In this document: piece by piece, positions 42,749 through 50,334 of the stretch
How the letters are laid out: every line of letters starts with the position of its first letter
How positions within the stretch are numbered: position 1 is the stretch's first letter
Origin: Patescibacteria group bacterium
Lineage (GTDB): Bacteria > Patescibacteriota > Minisyncoccia > Moranbacterales > UBA11712
Assembly: GCA_030018805.1 (NCBI GenBank)
Contig: JASEHL010000002.1
Coordinates: forward strand, 1 to 50,334
Length of the DNA: 50,334 nt
Direction: 5' to 3'
Made by a program: the position numbers and the translations under genes
The notes under the pieces: model-generated
The model's input: only the letters and a program-made list of their open reading frames with translations
Told to the model about the DNA's origin: nothing
The model's database searches: none

Positions 42749-42754
42749 GGTAGA
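42722..42754 (+). repeat. 33-bp direct repeat copy 2 (right boundary of the AbiE cassette)
   Basis: ctaactcaccctaacattgaatgttagggtaga. Confidence 0.9.
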
Positions 42755-42815
42755 TAGAAGTGATTTGAAACTGAACTTAGGTGGTCGCTGGCGAGGAGGT
42801 AGAATATTTAAAATT

Positions 42816-43547
42816 ATGTATAAAAAAAGATTCAAGGGGAAAATGAGTTCGGAGTATAATCTGATCGCACTGGCGGCGCCGCAGTATACGGATTGCGAGA
42901 AGGAAATCGGGGAGATTCTCAAGAAATACTTTCATGGCCAAAGGAGCAACAGATTCGAGATTCTTGAAATTGGTTGCGGAAGCGGGTTTACGTCGGAGAT
43001 CATTTTGAAAGCTGACAGAAGAATTCACCTCACCGCGGTTGATAATGAACCAAAAATGATAGGTCAAGCGAAGCGTAAGCTGGCGAAGTACGCAAAAGCG
43101 AAAAGAGTTAAAATATTCAGAGCTGACGCGCTGGATTTTGTCAAAAGATTGAAATCCGGCAATTTCGATGCCTTTGCCTCCGCGCTCACGATTCACAACT
43201 TCAATTTCAAATACCGACGAAAGTTTCTGCTTGAGGTTTATCGTTCACTGAAGCCCGGTGGGCTGTTCATTAACATGGACCGCTACGCTCATGATGACCC
43301 GAAAGTTTTCAAAGAATGGCTCGAATGGCAGATCGGAATGTATAAAAAAGTATTTTCTGAACTTGGGGAAGATGAACTTATTGAACAATGGGTAAAGCAC
43401 GAAGCATATGACTCACGTCCGGATGTCATCATGAAAATGAAACCGGCACTTTCTGACATGAAAAAAGCGGGATTCAAAAATAGCAAATTTGTTTATAGAA
43501 AAAGAACATATTCTGTTTTAACCGCCAGTCGGGCTGGTGGCGCGTAA
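42816..43547 (+). CDS. Class I SAM-dependent methyltransferase
   Basis: ..ILEIGCGSGFTSEIIL.. and ..LKPGGLFINMD... The ATG at 42816 (or 42843) is preferred over the TTG at 42738, which lies inside the palindromic repeat. Confidence 0.75.
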   Translation: MYKKRFKGKMSSEYNLIALAAPQYTDCEKEIGEILKKYFHGQRSNRFEILEIGCGSGFTSEIILKADRRIHLTAVDNEPKMIGQAKRKLAKYAKAKRVKIFRADALDFVKRLKSGNFDAFASALTIHNFNFKYRRKFLLEVYRSLKPGGLFINMDRYAHDDPKVFKEWLEWQIGMYKKVFSELGEDELIEQWVKHEAYDSRPDVIMKMKPALSDMKKAGFKNSKFVYRKRTYSVLTASRAGGA

Positions 43548-43588
43548 GGTATAAAATTTGTAATATATAAGCGTTAAGCAATAATAAC

Positions 43589-43924
43589 ATGAACAGGAGA
43601 GAAAAAAGCTTTTCGCCTGAAGGTGGATTCTCCGCAGAAGAAAATCGAATAGCCGAAGAATTGGAGAAAATAAATGAGATTATAGGTACAGCTGAAGGCA
43701 TTAAGTATTGGGAACTTACATCGCCTTTTATTGAGAGATTGAGAGACAAATACAAAGAAGGCATCAAAAACTACCTCCTTTATCATATTTTGATCGGAAA
43801 TAGCGGGGAGCCAAGAAAGAAAGCTTTCATGTTTGATTTCGAAGGAGAGGATTCCATTGAGAAATTTATTCGTAAGTGTCACATTGAATTATTACCGCCG
43901 CGGGAAAATGATAAAGCAAAGTAA
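43589..43924 (+). CDS. Hypothetical protein
   Basis: 111-aa ORF with an ATG. No motif recognised. Confidence 0.4.
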   Translation: MNRREKSFSPEGGFSAEENRIAEELEKINEIIGTAEGIKYWELTSPFIERLRDKYKEGIKNYLLYHILIGNSGEPRKKAFMFDFEGEDSIEKFIRKCHIELLPPRENDKAK

Positions 43925-43977
43925 TTATTCCCGAAAATTAATCTCTGGAATCAGATAATTTTTTAAGAAACAATACT

Positions 43978-44238
43978 ATGAACGAAACATTGACCTGCCA
44001 ATCTTGCGGGATGCCGATGAAGAGTCCCGAAGACTTCGGGACGAACGCGGACGGAAGCCCATCGGCCGAGTATTGCCGATATTGCTTCCAAAGCGGCGAG
44101 TTCACGGCCAAGATGGAAATGCCGGAGTATATTGAGATGCAAATCAAGATTGCCGTCGAAAAACTGGGAATGCCCGAGGACAAAGCCCGCGCGATGGCCG
44201 AAAGCACGATTCCGAACCTCAAAAGGTGGAAGAAGTAA
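43978..44238 (+). CDS. Zinc-ribbon domain protein
   Basis: ..CQSCGMPM..FGTNADGS..EYCRYCF is a putative zinc-ribbon family pattern. Confidence 0.6.
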   Translation: MNETLTCQSCGMPMKSPEDFGTNADGSPSAEYCRYCFQSGEFTAKMEMPEYIEMQIKIAVEKLGMPEDKARAMAESTIPNLKRWKK

Positions 44239-44242
44239 TTTT

Positions 44243-44773
44243 ATGGCCGATTATTATATCGATGTCGTTAATGAAAAGGATGAGGTTATCGGAAAAGAAC
44301 TCAAGAGTAAAAAACTCGAGAAGGGATTTATTTCAAGAGTCGTTGCTGTTTATCTCCGGGATTCCGAAGGGAAATTTTTGATGTGCCGGCGAGCGGACGG
44401 GAAAGACGACGCTCCGGGGCTTTGGGACCTGGCGGTTTGCGGGAATGTCGAGAGCGGGGAAGAATATGAGCAAGCGGCGAAGAGAGAGCTCGAAGAGGAG
44501 CTTGGCATAAAATGCGATTTGAAATTGCTTGGAAAATTCTATGAAGAAGTCGAAGCGACGAAAGGCGGGATTCTCAAAGTTTTTTGCGGAATTTTTCTCG
44601 GGCATAGCGACGAAACACCGAAACTGAACCATGAACTCGTCGAATTTCGGAAAATGAGCCTAGATGAAATAGAAAAAGAGCTCCGAGAGAGTCCCAAAAA
44701 ATTCTGCCACGGATTTCGAATCGACTTTGAGTTGGTGAAGGAAAAATTGAGAAACAAAATCGGACAGGGTTGA
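44243..44773 (+). CDS. NUDIX hydrolase
   Basis: Nudix box GNVESGEEYEQAAKRELEEELGI. The ATG at 44243 is preferred over the upstream start that overlaps the previous gene. Confidence 0.8.
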   Translation: MADYYIDVVNEKDEVIGKELKSKKLEKGFISRVVAVYLRDSEGKFLMCRRADGKDDAPGLWDLAVCGNVESGEEYEQAAKRELEEELGIKCDLKLLGKFYEEVEATKGGILKVFCGIFLGHSDETPKLNHELVEFRKMSLDEIEKELRESPKKFCHGFRIDFELVKEKLRNKIGQG

Positions 44774-44805
44774 GTACTAATATTCATAATCAGTGATCAA
44801 AATAT

Positions 44806-45285
44806 ATGACCGAGCTAAATCAAATCTATAAATGCAAAAAGTGCGGGAATATCGTGGAAGTAGTCCACGCGGGAGGCGGAAACATGATCTGCTGCGACCA
44901 GCCGATGGAGCTCTTAGCTGAAAAGATCCAGGATGAGGGTTATGAGAAACATGTTCCGGTGGTTGAAAAAACAGAAAAGGGAGTGAACCCCGTACCACAA
45001 GAAACACCGTATGCAAATTCACCGACAAATGCTAAGCTCCCCAAGGATGTCATTTTAGAAACTGTGGGCAAAAACTTGTGGTACGGGGTGAAAGTGAAAA
45101 TCGGAGCGGTTCCTCATCCGATGCTCGAGGATCACTACATCGAATGGGTCGAGATTTTGGCCGACGGGAAAACATATCGAAAATTTCTGAAACCCGGAGA
45201 CGCTCCCGAGGCGGAATTTTGCGTTGAAGCGGAAAACATCACCGCGAGAGAACACTGCAATCTGCACGGGTTGTGGAAAGTGTGA
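44806..45285 (+). CDS. dfx: Desulfoferrodoxin (2Fe superoxide reductase) carrying a 35-aa in-frame insertion
   Basis: Desulforedoxin domain ..[26 protein letters not shown]... SOR domain EKHVPVVEK..[insert]..[29 protein letters not shown]. Confidence 0.85.
   Translation: MTELNQIYKCKKCGNIVEVVHAGGGNMICCDQPMELLAEKIQDEGYEKHVPVVEKTEKGVNPVPQETPYANSPTNAKLPKDVILETVGKNLWYGVKVKIGAVPHPMLEDHYIEWVEILADGKTYRKFLKPGDAPEAEFCVEAENITAREHCNLHGLWKV
44988..45088 (+). mobile_element. 101-nt MITE-like insertion with 14-bp perfect terminal inverted repeats and a TGAA duplication, inside dfx
   Basis: ccccgtaccacaag (44988-45001) and cttgtggtacgggg (45075-45088). TGAA lies on both flanks. 101 + 4 = 105 nt = 35 codons with no stop. 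Confidence 0.65.
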
Positions 45286-45353
45286 TGCTAATCCGCAAAT
45301 AAACGCTAATCCGCGAATCGCGAATGATGTTTTTGCTTTTTTGATTGCTTGCT

Positions 45354-45923
45354 ATGTCCCAAAAAAGAAATAAATTGCCAAAAAATGCCAAGCGCGTTTT
45401 CAAGGGCGTTATTTTTGAGGTTTGGCAGTGGAAGCAGAAAATGTTCGACGGGAGCACGGCAATCTATGAAAAGCTTGAGCGCTCGGATTCAGTCGAAATT
45501 ATTCCCGTGGTTGGCGACAAGATACTTATACAAATTCAGCGGCAGCCGGACAGGCCGAAATTTCTTTCTCTTCCCGGTGGCGTATGTGACAAGGGGGAAA
45601 AGCCACCGGCGACGGCGAAAAGGGAGTTGCTGGAAGAGACCGGCTTTTTCTCGAGAGATTGGACCCTTTTGAAAAAATACGAACCCTATTCCAAAATAGT
45701 TTGGAATGTATATACTTATTTGGCCAAGAACTGCGAATATAAAAAAGAGCAGCGTCTTGACGCGGGAGAAAAGATAAAGCTCAAGCTTCTGACATTCGAG
45801 GAATTTTTGATGCTTTCGGATGAGCCGACTTTTCGCCATAAATCCCTGAAAGACATGTTGATTCGTGCCCGATTCAACAAAAAATCCCGAAAAGAATTCA
45901 AAAAACTTTTGTTTGGGAAATGA
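45354..45923 (+). CDS. NUDIX hydrolase (ADP-ribose pyrophosphatase-like)
   Basis: Nudix box ..LPGGVCDKGEKPPATAKRELLEETGF.. Confidence 0.8.
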   Translation: MSQKRNKLPKNAKRVFKGVIFEVWQWKQKMFDGSTAIYEKLERSDSVEIIPVVGDKILIQIQRQPDRPKFLSLPGGVCDKGEKPPATAKRELLEETGFFSRDWTLLKKYEPYSKIVWNVYTYLAKNCEYKKEQRLDAGEKIKLKLLTFEEFLMLSDEPTFRHKSLKDMLIRARFNKKSRKEFKKLLFGK

Positions 45924-45927
45924 AAAA

Positions 45928-45952
45928 GGGCAAGCCTCGGCGAGGCCTGCCC
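45928..45952. terminator. Bidirectional GC-rich hairpin between convergent genes
   Basis: gggcaagcctcg-g-cgaggcctgccc (one mismatch, or a wobble on one strand). Confidence 0.55.
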
Positions 45953-45985
45953 CTGCAGATTAGATCGGAGGAAGTTTTTGATTTT

Positions 45986-46225
45986 TTAGTTTTGGATGCG
46001 TTGTACGTAGTTGCAGACATCGCAACAAAAGAGCAGTAGTTGGCGCACTACACTCGTTTCATCGTAAAATGGTTGAAGTTTTCCGATGAGATGCCTGTGG
46101 CCGTTTGACCTGAAAAAACCGTCGCTTTCGATTTGGTTGCTGATAAGACGCGGCGGAATATCAAGCCTTAAAACGACATCTCCAACGCATTTCGGACAAC
46201 ATTCCAAGTTGCTTTTCTGGTCCAA
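45986..46225 (-). CDS. Small Cys-containing hypothetical protein (zinc-ribbon-like)
   Basis: TTG start 4 nt after AAGGAGG. CPKC...CDVC pairs. 79 aa. Confidence 0.45.
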   Translation of the reverse strand: MDQKSNLECCPKCVGDVVLRLDIPPRLISNQIESDGFFRSNGHRHLIGKLQPFYDETSVVRQLLLFCCDVCNYVQRIQN

Positions 46226-46450
46226 AACAGCCTCCTTTTCCCCGGATCAAAATTTTTTGCAGCCAGTGTGTTAGCCGGCGGAAGTTCTGCCTATATTATA
46301 ATTTATTTACGGTTATCTTGGCAAATTTGAATATTTCCCCCTTTTGGGCTAGAGTGAATATATGCCCGGTAGTGATCCGCCACTATATCGCTAACTGCCG
46401 GGAATGTGCATTTTATTTGATATTTTTTCCCGCCTTTACCAAATTAAGCA

Positions 46451-46741
46451 ATGGGCGGACTGCTACCGGGTATGGCAAACAAAAAGGAAAAACTCCGTTT
46501 GGCTACAATCACGATTCTCGTCGAAGATCGCCAGATGCATTCTCCGGAGGTGAACCGGATTCTCACCGAAAACGGGCATCTTGTGATGGCGCGTCTCGGG
46601 GTGAACGTCCAGCGGCATTGTGTTTCCAACTGCACGGCCATGATTACGGTGGCGCTTGAGGCGACGGCCAGAGATATCACAAAAATCACCAAAGAACGGA
46701 ACAGCCTTTACGGAATCACGGCGAAAGCGTGTGTCATGTAG
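46451..46741 (+). CDS. TM1266-family ACT-like protein (putative iron-only hydrogenase system regulator family)
   Basis: ..ATITILVEDRQMHSPEVNRILTENGHLVMARLGV..AMITVALEATARDITKITKERNSLYGITAK.. follows the TM1266/TIGR03959 pattern as remembered. Confidence 0.55.
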   Translation: MGGLLPGMANKKEKLRLATITILVEDRQMHSPEVNRILTENGHLVMARLGVNVQRHCVSNCTAMITVALEATARDITKITKERNSLYGITAKACVM

Positions 46742-46764
46742 GAATTGAGAAATCAAAAAAATAC

Positions 46765-46888
46765 TGATTTTCTCAAGAATTAACTCGAATGTGGTTTTTA
46801 TACCCAAAAATTTTCCTCGGATCACGAACCACCCAAGCAAATTTTTGGACAAAAATCACATTCTCAAACAAAATTCTTTTCGAAAATC
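46765..46888 (+). repeat. Copy B of the long-hairpin element, immediately upstream of dnaG
   Basis: P1 aagaatt/aattctt (46775-81/46872-78). P2 aatgtggttttt/aaaaatcacatt (46788-99/46851-62). Confidence 0.7.
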
Positions 46889-46928
46889 ACCATTTTTTGA
46901 TTTTTACCTCTTGGATTTCTAAAGCTAA

Positions 46929-48728
46929 ATGTCTGACGTCGAAGAAGTAAAAAACAGAATAAACGTCGTTGATTTGGTTGGCGAGTATATTCGCCTCCAA
47001 AAAGCAGGGAGCAACTGGAGGGCTCTCTGTCCTTTTCATAATGAAAAAACTCCTTCCTTCATGGTGAGCGAAGAGCGCCGAAGCTTTCATTGCTTCGGAT
47101 GTGGAAAGGGCGGAGACATTTTCACTTTTGTGATGGAAATGGAAGGGATTGGTTTTCGGGAAGCTCTCGAGCAATTAGCGCAAAAGGCGGGAATTCAATT
47201 GAAAAGAAATGAGAATTGGGAAGCAAGAGGCGAGAAAGGGGAGAAAAAAAAGAAATTGTATGACATATTGGAATTGGCGGCGAAATGGTATGAAAAAAAT
47301 CTTTGGGAGGGAAAAGGCCGGGATAAAATTTTGAAATATTTGCGCGGACGCGGGCTCCGGGATGAAACGATAAAAAAATTCCGCCTGGGATACGCGCCGG
47401 ACGGATGGAGGAATATGTTAGAGTTTTTGCCGAAGCGAGGGTATAAAGCTGAAGAAATTACAAGAACAGGATTACTAGTTGAAAAAGAATCAGGAATCAG
47501 GAATCAGGAATCAGGGGAAAGATATTATGACAGATTCAGGTATCGAATAATGTTTCCCGTCCAGGACGTGATGGGAAGAGTGGTTGGATTTTCGGCCCGC
47601 GTCGCGCCGGGCGGAGACGAAAAAACGGCCAAATACATCAACACGCCGCAAACGGAGCTTTATGACAAAAGCAAAATTCTCTACGGCCTGCATCTCGCCA
47701 AGACTGAAGTCAGGAAGCAAGACGCCGCTGTTCTGGTCGAAGGAAATACGGACGTCATCGCGTCGCACCAGGCCGGCTTCGGGAACACCGTCGCTGTTTC
47801 CGGAACGGCGCTCACGCCGGAGCAGATAAAAATCGTGAAGCGCTACACCAACAATCTGAAGATGGCATACGACATGGACTCGGCCGGACAGGCGGCGGCG
47901 AAAAGAAGCGCCAAGATTTGTCTCGAAAACGATTTGGATGTTAGAATAGTTTTGTTGCCCTCGGGAAAAGACGCAGCGGACGTTCTGAAAGACGGCAAAG
48001 ACATTTGGAAGAAAGCGCTTGAAAAAGCCCGCAATATCGTCGAATATTATTTCGAAGACGTGTTTTCCCGGCTCAATGCCAAAAATCCGACCGACAAGAA
48101 AAAAATCGCCCGCGAGATCCTCAATGTGGTCAAGGACATTGCCGATCCGGTTGAAAAATCGCATTGGCTGAAAACTCTTTCCCAAAAACTCGATGTTGAA
48201 GAAAAAATTCTTATTGAAGTATTAAACAGAGCGGGAAGGAGCGAAAAAAGTCATCAGGAAGAAAAGCCGGAAGCGGCCGAAAGGGCAGGGAGAGCAAAAA
48301 TTCTGGAAAAAAGAATTATCGGACTTTTAGTCGCTTTTCCGGGGGAAACTGAAAAGGGAAAAGGTTTGGTCCGGGAGAAAGATTTTTCCGGCGGCGGGGA
48401 AAAGAAAATTTTCGGAATAATCGCGAAGGAAAAGAAAAGGCCGGATTTTGAGAAAATAATCAAAACAATTTCCGATTATGAATCCCAAAAGCTCCTTGAA
48501 GAAGCTGTCTTTGAAATTGAGGTTGAAGCGGAGCAAAGGAGCGGGACGGTTTTCGACCCGGCGGACGAGCTCAAAGAAGCGCTGGAACAATTGCGAAAAT
48601 TCAAATCAAAAGAAAAAATCGCCGAAATCACCAAGCAAATCCGGGAAGCGGAGAAAACGGGAAACAAGGAAGCGGTGAAGAAGCTCATGAGAGAATTTCA
48701 GGATTTGTCGGAAGAAATCAAGGGGTAA
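46929..48728 (+). CDS. dnaG: DNA primase
   Basis: Zinc finger ..CPFHNEKTPSFMV..FHCFGCGKGGD.. and TOPRIM ..VLVEGNTDVI..MDSAG... Contains a (GAATCAG)x4 segment. Confidence 0.95.
   Translation: MSDVEEVKNRINVVDLVGEYIRLQKAGSNWRALCPFHNEKTPSFMVSEERRSFHCFGCGKGGDIFTFVMEMEGIGFREALEQLAQKAGIQLKRNENWEARGEKGEKKKKLYDILELAAKWYEKNLWEGKGRDKILKYLRGRGLRDETIKKFRLGYAPDGWRNMLEFLPKRGYKAEEITRTGLLVEKESGIRNQESGERYYDRFRYRIMFPVQDVMGRVVGFSARVAPGGDEKTAKYINTPQTELYDKSKILYGLHLAKTEVRKQDAAVLVEGNTDVIASHQAGFGNTVAVSGTALTPEQIKIVKRYTNNLKMAYDMDSAGQAAAKRSAKICLENDLDVRIVLLPSGKDAADVLKDGKDIWKKALEKARNIVEYYFEDVFSRLNAKNPTDKKKIAREILNVVKDIADPVEKSHWLKTLSQKLDVEEKILIEVLNRAGRSEKSHQEEKPEAAERAGRAKILEKRIIGLLVAFPGETEKGKGLVREKDFSGGGEKKIFGIIAKEKKRPDFEKIIKTISDYESQKLLEEAVFEIEVEAEQRSGTVFDPADELKEALEQLRKFKSKEKIAEITKQIREAEKTGNKEAVKKLMREFQDLSEEIKG
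47487..47514 (+). repeat. (GAATCAG)x4 heptamer repeat inside dnaG
   Basis: gaatcaggaatcaggaatcaggaatcag encodes ..ESGIRNQESG.. Confidence 0.9.
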
Positions 48729-48848
48729 TTCCCGAAGAACTGCTTACAAATTCTATTTTTTTTCAAGGATTAACGTTTTTAGGCGATAGTTTGCGAGGAT
48801 ATATCGTTGTTTGGAACAAAGCTATCAAAAAAATTAAGCAATCACATC

Positions 48849-50138
48849 ATGGCCAGGAAAAAGAAAAAAAAGGTGAAGCCGAAAGCGAAAAAAAAGGAGA
48901 CGAAGAAAAGAAGGAAGAAAGCGGCCAAAAGACCGGCGGAAAGTATGAAAGCGAGAAAGAAAAAAAACGCGCTGAAAAAAAAGAAACTGCGGGCCGGGAA
49001 AAAGAAGGCGGGCAAAAGCGGGTTGAAAAGAAGGGAGAAAGAAGTTTTCGGAAAAGAAAAAAGCCGAGCCGAAGAACTTCTCAAGGTTGGAAAACAAAGA
49101 GGTTTCGTAACGGAAGACGAAATTTTGCAAGCCATTCCCGAGGTTGAGAAAAATTTGAGCGGGCTCGAGGATCTCTATGAGAAACTGGAAAAAGGCGGAA
49201 TCAAAGTCATAAGCTCCGACGAGGTGATCAAGGGAGAAGTCGAGAAGGAAACCGAACTTCGGGAAAAAAAGGTCGAAGAAATTGATATTCCTCTCGACCT
49301 TGACGACGTCTCTTCGGATTCGGTGCAAATGTATCTTCGGGAAATCGGCCGAGTCCCTCTGCTCAAGGCCGAAGAAGAAGTGAGTTTGGCGAAAAGGAAT
49401 GAAAAAGGGGACTTGGCGGCCAAGCAAAAACTGACAGAGGCTAATTTGCGCCTTGTTGTTTCGATTGCCAAAAAATACGTAGGAAGAAGCACAAATCTTT
49501 CGCTGCTCGATCTCATCCAGGAAGGAAACATCGGGCTTTTCCGGGCGGTGGAAAAATTCGACTACCGGAAGGGATACAAATTCTCGACTTACGCCACCTG
49601 GTGGATACGCCAGGCTATCACGCGGGCGCTGGCTGACCAATCACGAACAATCCGCATTCCGGTGCATATGGTTGAAACGATCAACAAATACACCCAAGCC
49701 ACGCGACGTCTGGTTCAGGAGCTTGGCCGCGACCCTCTCCCCGAAGAAATTGCCGCGGAAATGGGAATCGAGGTGGAAAAAGTACGCCACATCATGAAAA
49801 TTTCGCAGGAAACGGTTTCTATTGAAACTCCCGTCGGAGACAGCGAGGATGACAGCATCCTTGGAGATTTTATCGAGGACACGGAAACGGTTATGCCTCA
49901 TCACAGCGCGGCGCGAAAGCTTCTGGCCGATCATGTCGAGCTGGCGCTGAAAGACCTCACGCCCCGCGAACAGAAAATTCTCAAAATTCGGTTTGGTCTT
50001 GAAGACGGAGTGACGCATACACTGGAAGAAGTGGGACACGAATTCGGGGTGACGCGCGAGCGGATCCGGCAGATTGAAGCGAAAGCTCTTGATAAAATCA
50101 GAGAATCAGGCCTCGCGGGGAAGTTGAAGGATTATTAG
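48849..50138 (+). CDS. rpoD: RNA polymerase primary sigma factor (sigma-70 family) with an extremely basic N-terminal extension
   Basis: Region 2 ..[39 protein letters not shown]... Region 4.2 ..[24 protein letters not shown]... N-terminus [24 protein letters not shown]... Confidence 0.9.
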   Translation: MARKKKKKVKPKAKKKETKKRRKKAAKRPAESMKARKKKNALKKKKLRAGKKKAGKSGLKRREKEVFGKEKSRAEELLKVGKQRGFVTEDEILQAIPEVEKNLSGLEDLYEKLEKGGIKVISSDEVIKGEVEKETELREKKVEEIDIPLDLDDVSSDSVQMYLREIGRVPLLKAEEEVSLAKRNEKGDLAAKQKLTEANLRLVVSIAKKYVGRSTNLSLLDLIQEGNIGLFRAVEKFDYRKGYKFSTYATWWIRQAITRALADQSRTIRIPVHMVETINKYTQATRRLVQELGRDPLPEEIAAEMGIEVEKVRHIMKISQETVSIETPVGDSEDDSILGDFIEDTETVMPHHSAARKLLADHVELALKDLTPREQKILKIRFGLEDGVTHTLEEVGHEFGVTRERIRQIEAKALDKIRESGLAGKLKDY

Positions 50139-50159
50139 GTGGCATCGCAAAAGGAATCC

Positions 50160-50281
50160 AAATTTTCTTGAAATTGAACTCGAAGCTGGTTTTTTGTGGT
50201 AAAAATTTTCTAGGCAAGCGAATCTAAGGCGAAAATTTTTGACAAAAATCAGCTTCTCAAACAACAATTTCTGCAAAAATT
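50160..50281 (+). repeat. Copy C of the long-hairpin element, downstream of rpoD
   Basis: P1 gaaattg/caatttc (50170-76/50265-71). P2 aagctggttttt/aaaaatcagctt (50183-94/50244-55). Confidence 0.7.
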
Positions 50282-50334
50282 AGAATCCTTTTTGCTCCGG
50301 ATGTATTATAAAAACTCGGCCCCTTTAAAGGGGC

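Noticed and set aside
42738-42815. TTG start at 42738 for the second methyltransferase
   Set aside because: The start codon would lie inside the palindromic direct repeat and would add a non-conserved basic leader. Internal ATGs at 42816 and 42843 are more plausible.
9521-47514. Possible CRISPR array among the many short repeats
   Set aside because: The units are 7 nt, tandem and without spacers. There are no 25-40-nt repeats separated by unique spacers and no cas operon. The Cas2-fold domain at 36565 is part of a PaaX-like regulator.
48791-49147. 118-aa K/E/G-rich ORF in an alternative frame of the rpoD 5' region
   Set aside because: It is a frame artefact of the A/G-rich low-complexity DNA. 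The rpoD frame continues into conserved sigma regions.

Overview
Tightly packed, moderately AT-rich bacterial chromosome segment. Its gene content and style fit a reduced-genome Patescibacteria/CPR-like organism: short genes, tiny spacers, a type IV pilus ATPase, a minimal [NiFe] hydrogenase, FemAB/MurE, PpsA/Pyk and many small membrane or hypothetical proteins. That assignment is inference only. I call about 57 CDS (one partial), two gene remnants and one tRNA-Ser(GGA). I see no rRNA and no CRISPR array. Housekeeping genes are ruvB, a tandem pilB/gspE-like ATPase, tsaE, polA, mutM, holA, rpsT, ruvA, a FemAB-family transferase, murE, lemA, htpX, pyk, ppsA, a PfkB kinase, ahcY, dnaG and rpoD. 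Accessory content: (1) a DGR-type reverse transcriptase with an antiparallel Avd-like gene and a GC-rich candidate target. The target's 3' end is a 107-nt tract holding a single adenine, and no template repeat is visible in the window. (2) A two-subunit [NiFe] hydrogenase with a maturation protease, hypCDE and an N-terminally truncated hypF. (3) An AbiEi/AbiEii module bracketed by 33-bp direct repeats and gene fragments. (4) A PaaX/Cas2-fold gene bracketed by 41-bp direct repeats next to the tRNA. The most pervasive unexplained signal is a set of 7-nt-period tandem repeat families. They occur in spacers, often as inverted arms, and also in frame inside conserved housekeeping genes (tsaE, mutM, femX-like, hypF, murE, dnaG). 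Two further signals are a 101-nt inverted-repeat element inserted in frame in desulfoferrodoxin and a three-copy ~100-nt hairpin element with compensatory base changes. All calls rest on reading the sequence and ORF translations and on remembered family motifs. No database search was run.
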